From: Synechococcus elongatus PCC 6301
Lineage (GTDB): Bacteria > Cyanobacteriota > Cyanobacteriia > Synechococcales > Synechococcaceae
Reading direction: 5' to 3'
Length of the DNA: 32,000 nucleotides
NCBI RefSeq assembly: GCF_000010065.1
Contig: NC_006576.1
Span: 810,001-842,000 of the forward strand
Position numbers and translations under genes: made by a program. Below the pieces are notes generated by a model. It saw only the letters and a program-made list of their open reading frames with translations, searched no databases and was not told where the DNA came from. Below are positions 28,929 to 32,000 of this stretch, piece by piece (position 1 is the first letter of the stretch; every line of letters begins with the position of its first letter).

Positions 28929-31088
28929 CGCAATAGGCTGGCAATAAAAGCTAGGGGGCCTGAGGCTGAGGTGCCGTAGGCTCCACGGGGAGGGGTGGTG
29001 CAGTGGGTTCAGGTGGAGGGGGCACCGGTGCCTGCGGTTCAACGGGTGCTGGGGGAGCGGGTTCTGCTTCGACGGCACTGGGTCCCGGCTCAAAAGATTC
29101 ACCGGTGCCTCAGGGGGAGCATCTTCGTAGCGGGGTTCTTCCGCCGCCGGCTCACTGCTATATTCCGGTTCGGGATCGCGGGAACGGCTCGAGCCAGCAT
29201 TGGAGGCTGGTGCGGCGGGCAGACTGCCAGCAAAACTGGGGGAGTCCGCCAACTCAATGCCAGCGCCGTAGTCATAGCGGCCGGGTCCACGATCGATCCC
29301 CCCTAGGTCACTGCCACTTGTGAACTGAGCTTTAAAGAGCGGTTTCCGTTGATCGGGGTTCGGCAGCGGCGGAAATTTTTCGGGGGGCAGGTCTTTAATG
29401 GCCTCGACCATAAAGCGATACCAAGCCACCGCAGCTGCACTACTCCCACTGCCAGTCGGGGCAAAGTTGTCGTAGCCCAGCCAAACCCCGGTCACCAACT
29501 GCGGGATGTAGCCAATAAACCAGAGGTCGCGAGCTTGTTCGGTCGTGCCCGTTTTCCCTGCCACTGCGCGATCGGGCAGGTAAGCAGCAGCCCCCGTTCC
29601 AGAGGTGACAACGCGCTCCAGCATGGATGTCACGATCGCAGCAGACCCAGGATCGAGGGCTTGCACTGGCTTGATCTGTTTGTCTTGGTAGAGGACTCGA
29701 CCGCGATGATCGATGATTTCAGCGATCGGGTGGGGTGTCAGATATTTCCCCTGATTGGCCAGAGTGCCGTAAGCACTGGTGATCTCCAGCAGCGTGACGT
29801 CTGAGGCTCCTAATGCCAAGGGATAGTAGCGCGCCAAGTCCGCCCGAATTCCCATTTGGCGGGCCACCCGAATGACATTGTCAATGCCAACATCCCGCAG
29901 CACCTTGATCGCGACAATATTGACGGAATTAGTCAACGCTTGGGTCAGACTGATCGAGCCACTAAAGCTACGGCTAAAGTTTTGCGGTTTATAGCCCCCC
30001 AAATTGATCGCGGCATCCAAGTAGACCTGGGAGGGCGACATTCCTGAAGCGATCGCCGCCGCATAGACAAACATCTTGAAAGTGGAACCCGGCTGACGAT
30101 AGGCCTGGGTCGCGCGGTTGAACTGGCTGCGATTGAAATCCACCCCGCCCACCATCGCCCGAATTGCCCCATCGCGAGGATCGATACTGACGAGAGCCCC
30201 CTGCAAACTGCCGTAGGTCGAGTTTTGGATAGCCTGGTCCGCCGCTTGTTGCCAGCGATAGTTCAAGGTCGTCTTGAGCGTCAGGCCGCCGTACTCCAAG
30301 ACATCCGGCGCAACAAAGCGTGGCAGTTCCTGGCGAACGTAGTCGGTAAAGTAGGGCGCCAGACTTTGAGCATATTTCGGTGCTGCAGGCTTGAGCGCAA
30401 GGGGTTCGCGGCGAGCAGCTTCTGCCTCAGATGGGGTGATGAAGCCCACCTCTTGCATGCGGCTCAGCACACTATTACGCCGCTCTTGAGCCACTTCCAA
30501 GGAGACCAAAGGCGAGTAGGCTGTGGGCGCGGGGGGTAGCCCCGCCAGCGTTGCCATTTCTCCTAGGCTGAGGTCTTGGACTGGCTTGCTGAAGTAAGTC
30601 CAAGCAGCATCAGCAACCCCGTAGGCCCCTGCCCCGAGATAGACCAAATTGAGATACTGCTCAAGGATTTGGTCCTTGGTCAACTCTTGCTCTAGCTTTT
30701 GCGCCATCAGCGCTTCGTTGAGCTTGCGTTGCAGACTGCGCTCTTGGCTGAGAAAAACAATGCGGGCCAGCTGCTGGGTGATGGTACTAGCACCCTCCTG
30801 CACCTGACCGCTGAGCAGGTTTGTGACGCTGGCGCGGGCAATCCCGAACAGATCGATACCGCTATGTTCGTAGAAGCGCCGATCCTCAGCCGCGAGGAAA
30901 GCCTGACGTAGACGCAGGGGAATCTGCTTGAAGGGCACCTTGTCGCGCGTGGCCGGCCCAATTTTCTGCAGAACGGTATTGTCGGCCGAGAGAATGGTGA
31001 TCGTGCCCGGTCGCGTGAAGCTAGACCTCTTTGGGATTAGGGAGCTGCTGAATCCATCGCCGCCGCGCGATTTCAGCCCCAGCGACAC
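28905..31088 (-). CDS. Class A penicillin-binding protein (PBP1A-like); called ORF probably has wrong N-terminus and wrong C-terminal tail due to frame breaks
   Basis: Glycosyltransferase RRFYEHSGIDLFGIARA, GASTITQQLARIVFL; transpeptidase QPGSTFKMFVYAAAI, AVAGKTGTTEQARDLWFIGYIPQLVTGVWLG. Confidence 0.92.
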   Translation of the reverse strand: MSLGLKSRGGDGFSSSLIPKRSSFTRPGTITILSADNTVLQKIGPATRDKVPFKQIPLRLRQAFLAAEDRRFYEHSGIDLFGIARASVTNLLSGQVQEGASTITQQLARIVFLSQERSLQRKLNEALMAQKLEQELTKDQILEQYLNLVYLGAGAYGVADAAWTYFSKPVQDLSLGEMATLAGLPPAPTAYSPLVSLEVAQERRNSVLSRMQEVGFITPSEAEAARREPLALKPAAPKYAQSLAPYFTDYVRQELPRFVAPDVLEYGGLTLKTTLNYRWQQAADQAIQNSTYGSLQGALVSIDPRDGAIRAMVGGVDFNRSQFNRATQAYRQPGSTFKMFVYAAAIASGMSPSQVYLDAAINLGGYKPQNFSRSFSGSISLTQALTNSVNIVAIKVLRDVGIDNVIRVARQMGIRADLARYYPLALGASDVTLLEITSAYGTLANQGKYLTPHPIAEIIDHRGRVLYQDKQIKPVQALDPGSAAIVTSMLERVVTSGTGAAAYLPDRAVAGKTGTTEQARDLWFIGYIPQLVTGVWLGYDNFAPTGSGSSAAAVAWYRFMVEAIKDLPPEKFPPLPNPDQRKPLFKAQFTSGSDLGGIDRGPGRYDYGAGIELADSPSFAGSLPAAPASNAGSSRSRDPEPEYSSEPAAEEPRYEDAPPEAPVNLLSRDPVPSKQNPLPQHPLNRRHRCPLHLNPLHHPSPWSLRHLSLRPPSFYCQPIATAKTTSD

Positions 31089-31338
31089 CAGCCGCCCCGA
31101 TCGCCAGAATGAGCGCTACCCCTAACCAATGCTGTCGCCCCGATCGCGGTAGACGAGCCGCTCGGGCCTCTCGGCGGGCTCGCCGTCTTTCTGCTCGCGC
31201 TTGACGGGATCGAGAGGTAGAAGCCGGTTTGGCCTTCCAAAAAGGTAGCCCCTTGGGTGTTGCAGCAGCCGGCCGATCGCTCGTTGGGTCAGCAGCAGAA
31301 GACTTGGCCACAGGTGGTTGATTGCTAGAGCCAGACAC
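31021..31338 (-). CDS. Probable authentic N-terminal cytoplasmic/TM part of PBP1A, in a different frame from the main ORF
   Basis: Basic stretch, TM segment HWLGVALILAIGAAGVAGAEIARRRW, then IQQLPNPKEV immediately before the family-typical FTRPGTITILSADNTVLQKIGPATRDKV of the main ORF. Confidence 0.72.
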   Translation of the reverse strand: MSGSSNQPPVAKSSAADPTSDRPAAATPKGLPFWKAKPASTSRSRQARAERRRARREARAARLPRSGRQHWLGVALILAIGAAGVAGAEIARRRWIQQLPNPKEV

Positions 31339-31623
31339 CGCTCGATTGAAACTCCCGGAGATAGTGATGCCCTATGAGAGAGCGATCGTGCAGGGATCTT
31401 AGCCGCTATCCAAGCATTGAGCAGCAATGATCGTGTAGTTGTTTAGAGGCAAGTCCAGCAGTTGTTCCCACTATTGCGGCGATCGCAACCTGCCTGATCT
31501 TGATTATCTGGCAGCGCTGAGAACCACCCTCAAACACCCAGACGGTCATTAGAACCGCTTAGGGACAGACGGGGCTGAACAAGGCACTTTGATACGATCG
31601 AAGGACTTTTGCTGCCTGCCACC

Positions 31624-32000
31624 ATGCTGACGATCGCCCTGCCCAAAGGTGCCCTACTCAAAGACAGCATTCGCTTGCTGCAATCCGCAGGGCTCGACTT
31701 CAGCGCCTTTTTGGAACCTGGAAATCGCCAGCTACAGATTCTCGATCGCCAGGAACGGGCCAAGGCTTTACTGGTACGCAACTCGGACGTACCGGTCTAT
31801 GTGGAATACGGGCAGGCTCAACTTGGTGTGGTTGGCTATGACGTCCTGCGGGAGAAAACCGCGAGAGTGGCGCAGCTGATCGACCTCAGGTTTGGCGGGT
31901 GCCGTATGTCGATCGCAGTCAAAGCCAGCAGTCCCTATCGTTCAGTACTTGACCTGCCAGCCCACTGTCGCATTGCCTCCAAATTTGTGCACTGTGCTCG
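31624..32000 (+). CDS. hisG: ATP phosphoribosyltransferase, short form; truncated by the window edge
   Basis: Translated directly from sequence (absent from the ORF track, no stop in window): [29 protein letters not shown]...[24 protein letters not shown]. Confidence 0.93.
   Translation, partial: MLTIALPKGALLKDSIRLLQSAGLDFSAFLEPGNRQLQILDRQERAKALLVRNSDVPVYVEYGQAQLGVVGYDVLREKTARVAQLIDLRFGGCRMSIAVKASSPYRSVLDLPAHCRIASKFVHCA

Noticed and set aside
28995-29306. Plus-strand ORFs (also 29003..29323) opposite the PBP1A tail
   Set aside because: Gly/Val-rich translation is the complement of the Pro-rich repeat-like tail; low complexity, no motif.
31122-31427. Minus-strand ORF overlapping the PBP1A N-terminal region
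   Set aside because: The alternative frame (31021-31338) has the basic-plus-TM pattern expected of PBP1A; this one has no supportive motif.
1-32000. CRISPR arrays, tRNA/rRNA genes, insertion sequences
   Set aside because: No regularly spaced direct repeats, no recognizable cloverleaf or rRNA sequence, and no transposase-like ORF or IS ends found by reading. HIP1 octamers are dispersed and irregular, not an array.

Overview
Chromosomal window from a HIP1-rich (GCGATCGC) unicellular cyanobacterium. Gene content resembles Synechococcus elongatus PCC 7942/6301; this is recall, not a database check. I see no CRISPR array, prophage, transposase, rRNA or convincing tRNA. Housekeeping and photosynthesis-related genes include: EAL-domain protein (cut at the left edge), LivF-like ABC ATPase, ferredoxin, HisZ, J-domain/TPR protein, CPA1 antiporter, ArnT-like glycosyltransferase, sucrose-phosphate synthase, DUF2887/DUF4351 protein, RsmE, MBL-fold protein, PdxA, ABC-2 permease, divergent phycobilisome-domain protein, Fe-SOD, CpcT-like lyase, B12/radical SAM protein, RuvC, DUF721 protein, two tandem Vipp1/IM30 paralogs, MFS transporter, CCA-adding enzyme, RRM protein, GST, metallophosphatase, PBP1A, and HisG (cut at the right edge). 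Most notable: (1) the second Vipp1/IM30 paralog lacks about 12 residues of the N-terminal amphipathic helix and is strongly diverged; (2) the PBP1A gene appears split over three frames, with the TM-bearing N-terminus in a separate minus-strand ORF and the Pro/Glu-rich C-tail in a different frame from the called ORF; (3) the radical SAM ORF runs 277 bp out of frame into ruvC; (4) there is an unexplained hairpin-containing intergenic region of about 290 bp upstream of a small Cys-containing protein.
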